Both the position numbers and the translations under genes were made by a program. DNA of 64,000 nt from the NCBI GenBank assembly GCA_030265395.1, contig JARFYF010000001.1:20631662-20695661 (forward strand). Reading direction: 5' to 3'. The stretch comes from Rhina ancylostomus (lineage: Eukaryota). Positions 1 to 13,829 of the stretch are shown in pieces; the stretch's first letter is position 1, and each line of letters starts with the position of its first letter. The notes under the pieces were generated by a model. It ran no database searches and was not told the DNA's origin. It saw only the letters and a list, made by a program, of their open reading frames with translations.

Positions 1-164
1 ACAAGGCATTAATGGAGCCAAATTGAGGACCAGAACTCAGAACCATGACAGGTGGTGTCCATGCTATTCTCATTCTTTTATATATCTCTCAGAGAGAAAC
101 ATCAAGCTTGGTTTAATGTCTAATCTGAATAATAGTGCAATATTCCTAATGTAACTCAATAGAA

Positions 165-1790
165 TAGGAACATAAGTACATAAGAAACAGGATCTGGAAG
201 AGCCCATTCAGACCCTCATACATGTTCTGCCACTCAGTAAGTTCATGATTGATCCAACTAGACTTCAACACCACTTTCTCACTCTTTTCCCTTTCCCCTT
301 GACTCCGTTATTGTTTAAATGTCTGTTAATCTCTGCCTTGACTGTATTCATTGACTCTGCCTCCCCAGCTGTCTAAAGTACAGAATGCCAAAAATTCACA
401 GTCCTCCGAGTGAAAAAAAAACTCTCATCTCCGGTTTGTTCTGAAAATGTGGTACCTAATTCTAGGTGAACTTTCCTGTCAATACACATTAGAATCTGTT
501 TCAATAAGATCACCTCTCATTCTTCTACGCTCTAATGACTGTTCCAGCCTTTCTTTGTATGTTAGCCTCTCCATCCCATGAATCAATCCAATGAACCTTC
601 TCTGAAATGCCTCCAACACAAGCATGTCCCTCCTTAAATATGGAAAATAATACTGTATGATATCTTCCTAGTATGGTTTCACTAGCATCCAGTAAAGTTG
701 TATCAAAACTTCCCTATTTTAAACTCTGTGCTGCTTGCCTTCCTGATTGCTTGTTGTACATGCATGCTAACATTTGTGTTTCATGTACGAAGACATCCTG
801 ATCTTTTAAGACTGCAACATTATGTAATCTCACTCCATTTAAATGATAGTTTTTTTTCATTCTTCCTTTCTCAGTAGATAACCTCACATTCTCCCACATT
901 ACGCTCCATCTATCAACTTTTCGCTCAATTGTTTAATCTTGCCATATCGTCACAACTTGGTAATGTCCTTATCTTTGTATCATCAGCCAATCTGGCCATA
1001 GTACACTCAGTTCCTGCATCCAAGTCATTAGTATAGATAATGACTAGCTGAGGACCCAACACTGATCACTGTGGAAACCAGAACCAGTCTAATTACTGAT
1101 TGCCAATCTGAAATGATCCATTTATCCCAGCTCTGTTTTCTGTTAGTTAGATGTTCCCCTATCCATGTGAAAATATTACCCTCAGTCCTTTATCTTGTGC
1201 AGTAACCTTTTCTGCAACATATTTTCCAATGTCTTCTGGAAATCCAAATACACTACATTTTCTACTTCCCCTCTATCCACCCTGTGTGTTACATCCTCAA
1301 AGAATTCTAGAAAAATCTGTCAAACACAATTTCCCTTTCATAAAGCTATGCAGACTCTGTTTGATTGCATACAATTTTCTAAATATCCAACTATTACCTC
1401 CTTAGTAATGGATTTAAGTATTTTCCCAGAGAAAAATATTAAGATAATTGGCCCATAGTTTCCTGCTTTATATCTCCCTCCTTTCTTGGATATTGCCATT
1501 ATACTGTATTTGTGGACTTCCAGTCCTCTGGGATCTCTCTGGAATCCAGAGAATTTTGGTAGATTGCAACCAAAGCATCCACCATCCCTGTAGTAACTTC
1601 CTATAAGACCTTAGGACATAAAACATCAGGTCCTTGGAACTTGTTGGCATTTAGCCCCATTAGTTTAAGTAAAACTACTTTTCTAATGATTATTTTATGT
1701 TTCTCCCTCCCTAGAGTCCTATGAATATCTACTATTCTTATTGGAATGTATTATATCTTCCAACTGAAGATTAATCCAAAAAGTACTTAG
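165..1790 (-). mobile_element. Old, degraded CR1-type LINE (RT to 3' end)
   Basis: Reverse-complement CR1-like 3' tail near 165-215, plus RT-region remnants such as ctgaggacccaacactgatcactgtggaacc (the GVPQGSVLGP region) at ~1048-1080. Boundaries approximate. Confidence 0.7.
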
Positions 1791-1884
1791 AATAGACCAT
1801 ACCCAGGGCCACTTTGAGAAGAGAGATTGCCATGTGCAGAATATTTTTGGAAGAAGAGTCATTAATCTTTTGGGATTTTGGTAT

Positions 1885-2235
1885 CAGCATTTATTGCCCA
1901 TCTCCAATTCCCTCAGGAAGATGGTCATGAGCCACTTTTGTGAACCACTGCAACCCTTCTGGCATAGGTACATTTACAGAGCTGTTTGGCGGCAATGAAA
2001 GGCCATTGATATATTTCCAAATCAGGATGGTGTGCAACTTGGTGGGGAACCAGAAGGTAGTGGCATTCCCTTAAGGCTCTTTGTTTATGGAAGAGGTTGC
2101 GGTTTTGGAGATGTTGTTGGAGAACCCCAAGCAACTAAGTGTAGCGTATTTTTTAAACCACTCCCAGTGCTGTCATTCTGCCCTGGTGGCAGATGGAGTG
2201 ACTATTTAGTGTGGTGGATGGGATGCCATGGAGAG
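1885..2235 (-). mobile_element. 3' fragment of a second CR1-group LINE family
   Basis: cagcatttattgcccatctccaattccctcaggaagatggtcatgagccac is the reverse complement of the 3' end seen on + at ~31370-31420, 37860-37950 and 44100-44175. Confidence 0.65.
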
Positions 2236-2244
2236 TGTGTCGTT

Positions 2245-2853
2245 GAACATAAAACAGTACAGCATGGAACAGGCCCTTCGGCCCACAATATTGTGCCAAT
2301 CTAATTAAATTATTGATTAAATGCCCAACTAAACTAATCCCTTCTGCTTAAATATCCATATCTTTACATCTTCCGCACATTCATGTGTCTATCAAAGAGC
2401 CTCTTGAACGCCCCTATCATATATTTACCTCCACCACCACACCAGGCAGTTTGTGGGTGTGGTGGTGGAGGTAAATATATGATAGGGGCATTCAAGGCAC
2501 CCACCACTCTCTGCGTAAAAGGCTTGCCCTGCACATCTCCTTTGAACTTACCTCCTCTCACCTTAACTGTATGTCCTCTGGTATGAGACATTTCAACCCT
2601 GAAATGTCTCAGGGTTGACAAAAAAAGATACTGGCGGTCTACTCTATCTATGCCTCTCATAATCTTATAAACCTCTATCAGGTCTCCCCTCAGCCTCTGC
2701 CACTCCACAGAAAACAACCTAAGTTTGACCAGCCTCTCCTTACAGCACGTGCTCTCTAATCTAGGCAGCATCCTGGAAAACCTCTTCTGCGCCTCCACAT
2801 CCTTCCTATAATGGGGTGACCAGAACTGAATGCAATACTCCAGATGCGGCCTG
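2245..2853 (-). mobile_element. 5'-truncated CR1 LINE (ORF2 C-terminus and 3' UTR)
   Basis: ORF 2364-2861 reads RPHLEYCIQFWSPHYRKD...RLRGDLIEVYKIMRGIDRVD...TRGH...FTQRVV, the canonical CR1 ORF2 C-terminus. Confidence 0.92.
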
Positions 2854-3789
2854 TGTAACACGTAATAAATATGGCTTAAGTATGTGTAATATTTGCTGTA
2901 AACAATACTTTCTGCTTGAAGGTTGTTCCTTCTTTGAGAACTATGTCGTGATTTTCACTCGTTATGCTCCCACATTGTTAGCAAATTCCAGAGAGATGGT
3001 TTGTGAAGAGCCTTTTAATAAAAAGGACACACCTTGTTTTGATCTGTTTGTGCTTCATGTGCTTTCATCTACACATTCTGCAAATTGACTTTGCTGAATG
3101 TTAGGAATCCACAGAAAAGACATATCTAACAGGGCCATTGTACTTATCTGAAAGCAAAATATTCCTGTTGGCCTCATCTTCTTGACAAAAATCCACTCAA
3201 AGCCACTCGTTCTCTTTAAAAGTCAAAGTCAGTGATGTGGATTATTTTATTCAGGTTTTTCCTCCTATTTTGATCTGGTGAGCAGAATTATGGGCTACTC
3301 TTTTAAATGTTCTATTACATTTTGTTTCCATTATAAAATAACAGGATCAGCCTCAAATTATTTGTCTCCTAAGGATTTAAGTCAAATCTAAAAGTTTGAG
3401 ATGAGTTTTCTCATTGTTAATTTACAAGTACTTAACCAGAATTTGGCAGGAACATTTTGACTCTTTTTAAGTTAAGGTTGCATTTTCTTTCTGCTAAATG
3501 CCACAAGTGATTTGAGCTTCAATGCTCTCAGGTTTACTCAAGGATATTCTGACAGCATGGTACTCTCAGCAGTGAGGGAATGTGTTTAGAAATGTGGGAA
3601 GTGGATGCATCCATTACAGTGCCACTGGCTGCTTCTTTAAGGCAACATTTGGACATCTGAAAAGATTAACTGGTAAACTGTGAATTCTGAATATCTGCAA
3701 TAAAAGAAACAGAATATTTCTAATTATGCAAACAATGGAGAAACTTTCCTCACTGAAAAAAGTATTCACTTTTTCTGCTCTTTAAGCAA

Positions 3790-3975
3790 CCTCAAAATAT
3801 GTCATACCATGTTATATCCATTGAAGTATAATGCAGGAAATGTGTGGCAGATAATATACGCACAGCAAGCTTCCACAAGCTAGTTTGTGAAATGAGTAGC
3901 TGCTTTTTTCAAGAAACATTGATTGGGGAATAAATATTGAACAGGATTACAACGAACACAGCCCATTCCTTGCAC
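3790..3975 (-). mobile_element. Deu-domain SINE fragment (SacSINE/AmnSINE-like)
   Basis: gcacagcaagcttccacaa and gattggggaataaatattgaacagga match the reverse complement of the recalled Deu-domain 3' half. Confidence 0.55.
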
Positions 3976-4356
3976 TAGCCTGTCAGGACATGTCCTTTGT
4001 CACAACTACTTTTGCGGTTCAGTGACCCCCAATGTCCTGTTGTTCTGGGTTCTGCAGCTGTTCTGCAAGGTAGAATGTTCCATGAGCTACGAATAGGCCA
4101 CAGATGGCAGATATTAAGGACCCTCCCACAGATGACCCTGACGGTTCTTTGTGTCAGAAAGTTTGTTCCCATTTCAGTTAGACACAGTCAAAAAACAAAC
4201 GTTTTTCAAAAACTGTAAAATATGAATAAAACATTTTAAAATGGTAAACTCATTATAATCCTCAATTAACTTGTATAAATGAATTAAAAGGTTAATATTA
4301 TTTAAAATAATTCCTTCACTTAACTTACTAGTTAAGGTCAATGCACCCATTCAGTT

Positions 4357-4660
4357 GATAAGTTAAGATAAGATAACTATTAGTCACATGCACATTAAAA
4401 CCCACAGTGAAATGCATCTTTTGTGTAAAGTGTTCTGGGGGCAGCCTGCAAGTGTTGCCACACTTCCGGCACCAACATAGCATGCTCACAACTTCCGAAA
4501 CCCATACGCCTTTGGAATGTGGGAGGAAGCCAGAACATGTGGAGGAAACCCATGCAGACATGGAGAGAACATACAAACTCCTTACAGACAGTGGCCGGAA
4601 TTGAACCCTGGTCGCTAGCACCGTAATAGTGTTACGCTAACTGCTACACTACCGTGCCTG
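4357..4660 (-). mobile_element. tRNA-derived V-SINE, full length
   Basis: Minus strand has an A-box-like ggtagtgtagcagttagc, B box ggttcaattcc, V-domain core gtaaggagtttgtatgttctc...gtttcctcc...cccacattccaaag and a (tctta)n tail. Same family as 60245-60536. Confidence 0.88.
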
Positions 4661-5379
4661 CAAACACCATCAGATAAGCCAGATGCCTAACCATTGGGTT
4701 TTCTGAATGGTCGTAAAGTGGATGTTCAGAGTTTTACCACTTACCATATGAGCTTGAACAATTTGTCCACCTTTAGCCCCATGACTTTTTCAAATACGTT
4801 CTCCCTTGTGCTCAGGACTTTTACAGGTGTTTGAAATTAACCTATTTGCTATCAGCAGGAATACGCCAGCTCTCACCAAAGTGAAATATATCACTTGTTC
4901 TACTTCTTGTCTCTCTGCTACTTTCTAAATCTGTGATCAGAAGGGTACTGGTGGAATGTACCAGCAGTTTAAATGTTCCTATTTTGCACAATGTACATAT
5001 CAAGTACTCCCAGGAATAACCTGCAGTGTGCTGGATCACAAGGGTAACTTTGCACTGATGGCTTCAAAACAATTTCCTAAAATATGACCAGGGAGACAGC
5101 TCCTGCACCAGTTTGCTGCGTGGCCTCCCCAAGTTGGGCTGCCAGCTAATAAAGCTCTTTGATATTTTGCACTGAATTTAGGATAGTATAGTGCTATGAA
5201 CTAGCTCTTAGCAGAAGAGAAAACTATAACCAGTTGTAGTCTCTGTACAGAAAAACAATTTGGATGTCTTTATCCTTTGTCTGGGCAGGAATTTAGTTGG
5301 GTTATTCACTTAAAAACTCACCATTCTTAATTTTTTTGGCATCGAACAAGAATAATAAGTTCAGAAAATACACACTGCT

Positions 5380-5664
5380 TCATGAAATACATTACTGGCA
5401 TATCCCTCCCCACCATTGGTAGTGTCTACAGAAGGTGCTACCTCAAGAAGGCATCACCAATCATCACAAATACCCACCAACTGGGCTACAGCATCTTCTT
5501 GCAGCTACCACTGGGCAGGAGGTACAGAAGCTTGAAGTCCCACACCACCCGGTTCGAGAACAGCTTCTTCCCTTCAACAATTTGGTTCTTGAACCAACCG
5601 GCACAACCCTAATCACACGAGGTTAGCAACACTATGACCACTTTGATCACTTTGCATTAAAATG
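5380..5664 (+). mobile_element. Rex1/Babar-like LINE 3' fragment
   Basis: Peptide LPLGRRYRSLKSHTTRFENSFFPSTI; clearly similar to 44940-45110. Confidence 0.8.
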
Positions 5665-6239
5665 NNNNNNNNNNNNNNNNNNNNNNNNNNNNNNNNNNNN
5701 NNNNNNNNNNNNNNNNNNNNNNNNNNNNNNNNNNNNNNNNNNNNNNNNNNNNNNNNNNNNNNNNTATGCACCTTCATTGTTGACTTTTTTGTGGCCTTTG
5801 TCAACCTGTCTTTCCACGCTGGCCGAATTTTGAATGATGAGGCCCTGCATGGTGGCAGAGTCTTGTGTGATGTAATGCCATAATGTGGTGGCGCCAGAGC
5901 AAGTCCAGCCAATGAAACAGTTGTGGAAATGTTGGCAGCTCACTAAACCTCATCCTCTGGCTTTGCCAGCTGAAAAAACGTAAATGTTTTCTGAATACCC
6001 CTGACATTCAAAAACTTTGAAAATATATTAACTATCAATCTACGTCAATTGATGTAGAAAAAATAAACAAAATAAATAAAACACGTTTAAAGCATTTTTT
6101 AAAAATTAAAAACATTTAACTAAATCAATTTTAAAAAATGTAAACTACCGAATATTTACTTTGCTCCTTCTCAGCTGGAAGGATCACTGCAAGTTTTAGC
6201 CGTATAGCTGCTCTTAATGAGGAATTTGCCTCTGGAATA

Positions 6240-7500
6240 CTGTCAAGAAATTAGAAAAAAAGTCTGACAGACAGGATTAATCTGAACTTGGAGAGGAAGG
6301 GATTGACCAGGGAGAGTCAGCATGGCTTTGTTGAGAGTAGATTCTATCTGAATAATTTGATTGGATTTTTTCAGGAAGTAACTAATTATGTCAAAGAGAG
6401 CAGTGCAGTTGTTGTCTACATGGACTATAATAAGGCTTTTGGCTAGGTCCCACATGGGAGACAAGACCAAGATGTAAAACCTCATGTAATCCAGGGGAAT
6501 TTGGGAAGCTGACTTCAAAATTGGCTTGATGAAAGGAGGCAGAGTGTAATGGTGGAGAATTGTTTTTGTAATGGAAGCTTGTGATCAGTGGTATACCATA
6601 GGGATTGGACTCTTTCTGTTTGTTATATACATTGTCTATCAGGATGTGAATTCAGGAGGTATGATTAGTAAGCTTGAAGGTGACATGAAGATCAATGGTG
6701 TTGTTGATGATGAGGAGGGTAATCTTTAGCCACAGAAAATATTGATCGGTTGGTAAGATGGGAAGAGCAATGGCAGATGAAATCTAATCCTGAAAAACGT
6801 AAGGTGATACACTTTGTGAGCTAAGGCTAGGATATACACAATGAATGGTAAGGGTCTTAGGAACTATTAAGGAATAGAGGAGTATGTCCAAGGATCCTCA
6901 AAGGTTGCAGCAGAGATAAAAGAGTTGGTTTAGAAGGCATATGGTATATTTGTTTTCATTAGCTGAGGCTTAGAAGATAATAACAGGAAAATTATGGTGC
7001 AACTATATAAAACATTATTTAGGCCACAAAATAGGGAGGATATGATTGCACTGGAGAAGGTATAGTCTCAATTTATCAGGAGGTTGCCTGAGATGACACG
7101 TTTCAGCTGTGAGGAGAGACTGACTTGACTGGGTTTGGTTTCAGCTCAGAAAGCTGAGGGGGGGACTTAAATGAGATGTACAAAATTATGATAGGTTGTA
7201 AAGAGAGTAGATGTCAAGAATTTTTTTCCTTTTAGCTGAGGTGTCTATAACCAGAGGTTTAAAATAAGGGGTAGGAAATGTAGAGGGGTTTTAAGCACTT
7301 TTTTTCTTTCACCCAGCAGATGCCTAAAATCATGAACACGTTACCTGAAGGGGATTATAAAATCAGCATTCTTACAATAGTTAAGAACAATTAAGATGCA
7401 CACTGGATTGCCATATCATAGAAGGTTTATGGGTCTAGTGATGGAAATGGAACTGGGTTTGGTTTTATCAGCTGTTTTATAGGTATGCGATGGCCAGCAC
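6240..7500 (+). mobile_element. Degraded CR1 LINE (RT and 3' end)
   Basis: gagagtcagcatggctttg (QHGF), gtggtataccatagggatt, atgattagtaagcttgaaggtgac (decayed SKFADD) and a CR1 C-terminal remnant, with many stops. Confidence 0.8.
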
Positions 7501-7539
7501 AAGTCTCACCCTGGTTCCATGAATAGTTTGCATCTTTGA

Positions 7540-8070
7540 TCTCTAATACATTCTATTCTTTTCTTTGTTACCTCTTGCCCTTAATATACTGATAAAATGG
7601 TTTGTGATTTTCTTTAATCTTGTCCGTCACTGCTATTTCATTCTCCCTCTTTGCCCTCCAAATTACCTTAAGTACCTCTTACATGTTTTTAATCACTTTT
7701 AGGGCCTCTCTTGTTTTCAGTTCTCCAAACCTGTCATAAGCTATTTTTTTCTTTCCTTTGTCCAATCTTAGGTATCCTTTAACATCAAGGGAATTGTTGG
7801 ACCTACCTTTCACTACTATGGGAACTCTAAGCTCTTACTCTTTCATTTTTAGATGATGCCTAATTTTGTCCTTTGTAGCTGTGAGTAGCTACTTGTCATC
7901 CACTTATACTAGGTCCTTTCATATCATATTGAAATTGACCAAACTAGTCTAGGTTTGTCATTCCCTCAACAACCTTAACACTTACAGAGTTATGGTCACT
8001 ATCTCTGCAATGCTCTCCCACTGACACTTGCTCCACTTACTTGGCTGCATTCTAAAAGATCCAGCACTGC
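7540..8070 (-). mobile_element. CR1 LINE fragment (end of endonuclease and linker)
   Basis: gagttatggtcactatctctgcaatgctctccc reads GEHCRDSDHNS on the minus strand, the APE SDH motif. Confidence 0.6.
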
Positions 8071-11000
8071 AATCATGTGGGGGTCGTTAACTTTTTGGCA
8101 AATGTATAGAGATTACTGCATTTCTGCATATGACCATTGGCATATCCTCTCAAGATTCAGCCTTATAAATTTCAATGACCCCAGATGGTCTTAGATCATT
8201 AAGCGGCCTTTGCATTTCTGTGCCTCCCCCCACCCCCTTGCCAACTGCCCACACCAGCTGGATCCATTCCACATCTTGATCTATCTTAATGTGAAGGAAA
8301 TGTTCTTGAAATTTGCCCTTTCACTTCTACACCTTGGTTACGTCATCCCACTGTCACTACTTAAGTTGAAATATTTCAAGCCAGCCCACTTGTTCTTCGT
8401 GCTGGAGGTCTGTGTCTAAACCCTTCTCTCTGACTTTAATTTTACCCTTCTGCCTTGGAGACTAAACCAGATCACAGCACTCAACACAAAGTTTGAACAG
8501 AGTGTTACAACATTTTTGAAATGATCTCTTCTGATACGTATGTTTCTGCATCTAAAACAACTCAAGTTTCCATTTTAAAAATATATCTCACAAATTTGCT
8601 TTTAATAAATTTATTTTATGTCTACTGCTGGTAATGTGTGTCATAGGGAAAAATTTGCTAATTATCACCTGGAGTTAAAAGATACCTAAATCAATAAAGT
8701 ATTTTAGCTAAATTTTTCAAGGCTTCTGATTCAAATAGTTTTTCTCATCTACATTGTTCTGCGATGATGGAGACCCCTGGACACTAATCCCCTTTCACCC
8801 TCCCATCCAAACTCAGCTGATTTGAAGAGACAACTTGAGGGAATCTGATCCTGGCAAAACCTGTAGCATATGTGTTTCATTTTTTTAAAGAAAAGCTAAA
8901 GTCAACATTTTCTTTGTGCGTTTTAAGAGTACAACACAATCAGACAAAAATGTATGACTGAAGACATTGGTATAGGTTTCTGTGCCAGGTCTCAGGGTAA
9001 ATATTTGTATCTCTGTGGTAGTCATGCATCACTGATGTCAAACAGTTGGAATTCTCATTGTTTATAAACTTCTGTTGTTTTAGTTGGATTTGGCAGGAAA
9101 GGAATGAAAGAGAAAGATGACTTACATGTGAAGGAACATTTTTCATCTGAATGTGATTCATGTAGAATCCTGTGGAATGAACTCTTCATCCTGAGTGTAG
9201 TGTTTGTTTCATGGTAATAAGATGTTAATCTTTTTGTCGAGAATCTTCAATCTAGAAATCCCATCATTTTCACTGTATCAAGAATCAAGCTGCAGAAATG
9301 TATTGAAACTTGAGAAATGTTATGATGTCGATGAAGTGAGACAGGTTAAGGTGTGGTCATATAGCTGTAATCTAAATCCTACACTGAGTATAAGGAAGAT
9401 CACTCCTGAGGTTTTTAGTTGACAATCCCGTGTAATTTAATGTTGCATTGGTAAGGTCTAAGTTGTGGACAGCCAGTCACTAGTTGGCCTGTTGCCTTGA
9501 CAGTAAAGGAGTTGTAAGGTTATGAAAACTCCTGCTTATCCAAACCCTCAGCTGTAGAGACTGGGAAGATCCCATGTTTGAATCTTGCTATTTGCTCATG
9601 GACCTTCAGGAATGTTACTCACAACTTCAAAGAAAGAACTCTTAAGAGTACACTGCAGAAGGATATCCCTCAGCCGATCAGGCTCTTTGAAAGAAAAACC
9701 CTATCAATCCTATTCCCTTGCTCTCTCTCTGTAGCCCTGCAATCTTTTTTCCTTTCAAAGTGTACACTCAATTCCCCATTGACTCTACTTCTTTCATCCT
9801 TTCCAACTGTGAATTCCAAATCATAATATTTTACTGTGCAAAAAAAAGGCCCTTGTCTCCCCTCTGGTTCCTTTCCCAGTTCTTGGGTTACTCTGACCCT
9901 TCTGCCAGTGGTAACAGTTTCCCCTGTCCAAGCCTCTCATCATTTTCAGCATCTGCATTAACTCTTTGTAGCTGATTTATGAGTGTGTGAGACTGATCAA
10001 CAACGACCTGTCCTGTAATGCACCCATGCTGGAAAAAGGGCTTGATCATGGTAACAGTCATTGAGAACATAATTGAAATGAGGAAAATCATAGGATTGTA
10101 AAACCCACCTCATCTTGTCAAAACTCCAAAGCATTTTATTTGTTTTCAATTCTGTTTTAAAAACTCTTAGTCTTTTTTTTATTTTTCATTTTGAAATTTT
10201 TAGTCTCCAAGGTACTTTTGGACTCACCACATCTTGCACTGTTGGTGTCCCCACTGAAAGAGTGGCTCAGTGACTCTAGCCACTAGGAGGCATCTGAGAG
10301 CAAAGTAAATGACTTGGGTTCTGTCTCTGCCTTGCACTATTCTTTGTCACTTAACAGGCAGCCCAGTTGAGTTAAGGATGTCATGGATGAAAGCCATTGC
10401 CTGGCAAACTTAGCCAGGATGTTAATACAACAGCCCTGCAGTGCAATTTTTATTTTTTAACATTGACAGGGATTATAAGTAGTTGCTCAGTGCTAAAATT
10501 ACAGTATCACATGCATCCAAATAAACTGTTGTAGGCAGCTACTAAAATGTAACTTTTTTAAAGTTCAGCATTTTGTTCATTACAAATTCTAATCCGTGAC
10601 ACAGTGAATGTGCTTGTGTACTCAATACACCACCAAAAATGCAGTTTGAAATTAACAGTTTTATAAGTTTATTTTTTGAACATATAGTTGGTAAGATATG
10701 TGTTCCAGAAAGCAAGATTTCAAAGTTTTGAAAAATGTTAAAATGTTTTCTGACTTCTCCTTTATCCACATTGTTCTTCCCTTTCCTGAAGTATTATAAC
10801 CTTTATTTCTGTGATTTGATATTATTGCTGTTTATAATGTGACTTAAATAAAAGCTACATATTAAAATTGTGAGTTGAGGACTAACTTCATACCACATAC
10901 GAACTGCTGAAAGCACTCCAGTTTTAATCAGCAGCTCCATATTACTGACCAGTAGATGGAGCTCCAATCTGACAGCCATCAGCTCACCACTTTACAATGA

Positions 11001-13350
11001 ATCCATTGTTCCTCAATCCTGTCACCAATCTCTTGTCTCCTCCTACATTTTCTCTGGTTGCATGTTCCACTTATTTTAATGTATACTTCTCTACAACTCC
11101 TGTCTCCCTGCGGTTAAATACCCTGTTGATATGTGGGCTGTAAGAAAAGTGCACAAACTATTCCCATGACATTCTTGGCAGAGTGGGCCAAACACAGCTC
11201 GAGAACACCTAATGCTTGGTTTTGGTCCAAGTACCACAATATATGAACAGCGAACATAGGCCACGAGGGACCATTCCAGTTTAGGTGTGTCTCTTAGTGC
11301 TAGACCACAACTAGCCGTGAGGCAAATCTACTAAGCTCAAAGCAAATAAACTGTGGACACCTTTTTGCTATGATGAAGTATTCAGTTACATTCGTGGGAA
11401 ACCATGTTACCTTCTGCTAAAGCTGTAAAAGTTCTATTTCCCACAAAGCTGTATATGTTTTAAGCTGAGCAATTACGTGCATTTTTTTAAAGTGCTGGCA
11501 AACGTATCTCTGCTTAAGAATTTGACAAACCAAAGTAAATCTCCACAGGAAAGTGAGGAAATCGAGACTTAAAAGACAACTGCCTTAAACATTTTTGTGG
11601 TGTTTACTTTGGCTGTGTTTTTTTTGCACTAATTATGGTCCTCAAGGTTTTTGTTTTTAAGTAGTTGCTATATTTGTGTTTAAACAGATATTTATGAGAG
11701 TTCTTCATAGTCTGCTGAGAATACAATAAAAGCTCCTCAGCTTATTATTCTTCTGTTCATTTAAAGCTAAAGTGATATTCTGTTCCGTGTGATGTTAATT
11801 TATGTGAAAGACTTTCTTATTTGCAAATTTCCAGGACCACAATGTAATGTCAGTGCTGAGGTCGTCTGGGCTTTTACGTGGGTGAAAGTCAATCTCTCCA
11901 TTCCCGAATCTCATAGTTTTCCCAGAAGATGGGTATTTTCTTTCTGTTATTCAGTTTCCTGTGCCTTCATAATTTTGTCTTATCCACTGTAAGGAAGCAT
12001 GGAGAATGAACATAACATTAACAATAAGCTGCCCCTGAAGTGCCAAAGAACAGTGCAAGAAGAGGCAGAACCCAAGTCTTTACTCCTCTTTATACTCCAG
12101 AAAGCCACCTGGCATAGTGGACGCTAGCTGTGATAAAATCCTTGTGGATGTCTGTCCAGTGGACTCAGAAGGACTGTCAGTTTGATCAAACTATCGGCAG
12201 TTTTAAAGTTTGAGGCTTAATGTTTGCCCTGTCATTTATCCAATACAACAGTGTGAAAATGGGATGTAATACTGTTCAATGTCATGTACATGTCAGAAAT
12301 GACAGCATAACATACTGAAAGTGGGGTCATACATAGCCATTATGTGTGAATTTAGAGTTCACTAAACTTCACGATAACCAGAACATTGCAGTAAAGTTAA
12401 TAGGCATCCTGTTGATGAGAAACATGCACTTAAAGGGAATACTTAACTCGACACCAATTAATTTTCTGTACAATTCACTGTTATTGGAATGATAAGATAA
12501 AAGTCAAACTTTACACCAGAATTAAGAACTGTCTGGAGCATAACAAGGCAAATTTAAAAATAAATTGTGGAGCTGCACAACCAACTAGAAGTATAATTTT
12601 GAAACAATACATTTTGAAGAATTAATTAATTCAAATATTTTTATTGTGAAAATGCTACTGCCGCTTTTTATGGAAAGAGCCAATAATAATTCAAAGAAAA
12701 TACAGTCAGAAATAGCTCGCCCTTCAACAATGGCACTGTCTACACATGCCACAGTGGGATCACAGTTCACAGTGCACCATTTCCCCACCCACCAATCACA
12801 CTACATATTTAAATTTTGTGACAAGAACAGGTGAATTTCATTAGCAGAATTTGTCTTATTGCTCTCTTGCACTGCAATGCATTAAACTTATGTTAACCTG
12901 CAAACCAAATTGCAATAAACTTCATGATCCACTTTACTTCATGAAATGCATTATGTCTCTGTTGATAGATGTACTGTCAGTAGGAAACCTTGTCACACAG
13001 AGTGGAAAGGTGCCACATTTGATTCCTGATTAATTGGAGTGGTAAGTTGATAATACCACATCTGGACAAGGGAGACAGAACTCAGACCAGTTTCCAATCT
13101 CATTTTTGATCCACTGTATGGAATGCATTGCTCATAGATTTTGGAAAAAGACAAGGTGAAGCTTCATCATGATTGCTGATGATCCTGAAGTAGCTATTGA
13201 CAATGATAGGCCAATTCTCCTCATGAAGAACATCCTTTTGGTATTGGATGTAGTCAGTGCCCATGGAATCTCTAACATCTCCATGGAAGAAGGAGTGAAA
13301 GATGTGTAGACTTTTATTTTCTTGCATATCCCCAGGAGATGACATACCTA

Positions 13351-13692
13351 TCATGACACAGAAGGAGACTGTCCAGCTCATTGTGTCCATGCCTTCTCCC
13401 AACAGATGAATTCCATTAGTGCATTCTCCCTATCTTTACCTTTTTGTGATCCTCAGTCTAAATACTCATCAACATTTTAATTCATGTGCCACTTATCTAC
13501 ACCAGAGGGTAGGTTACAATAGCTAACTAACCTACCATGGGATGTGGAAGGAATTGGGGTACCTGGCAAAACACACATGGTCACAGGAAGAACATGCATA
13601 CTCCCAACAGGTGGTACCCAAGGTCAGGAGTGAATCTGAGTCTTTGAAACTCTGAGGCAGCAGCACTAACTGCTGCACCATTATGCACCCTT
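13351..13692 (-). mobile_element. V-SINE (HE1-like), diverged
   Basis: Minus strand ggtgcagcagttagtgctgctgcctcagag head, V-core remnants and a CR1-derived tail. Confidence 0.7.
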
Positions 13693-13829
13693 CAGTGAGA
13701 AAGAACTTCCTTGAGTTTAGAATGCTCTTACAACCGACCCAGCAGACAACTTGTTCAGAGTAAATTCCTTATTACAGGCATGACCAGAAACACACAGGTG
13801 GGATAAATATTGGCCATGATCTTGGAGGG

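Noticed and set aside
4590-4660. tRNA-like A/B boxes (also at ~23960 and ~60260)
   Set aside because: These are SINE heads continuing into V-domain cores, not tRNA genes.
5766-6240. Possible DNA-element remnant after the gap
   Set aside because: No termini, TSD or second copy visible.
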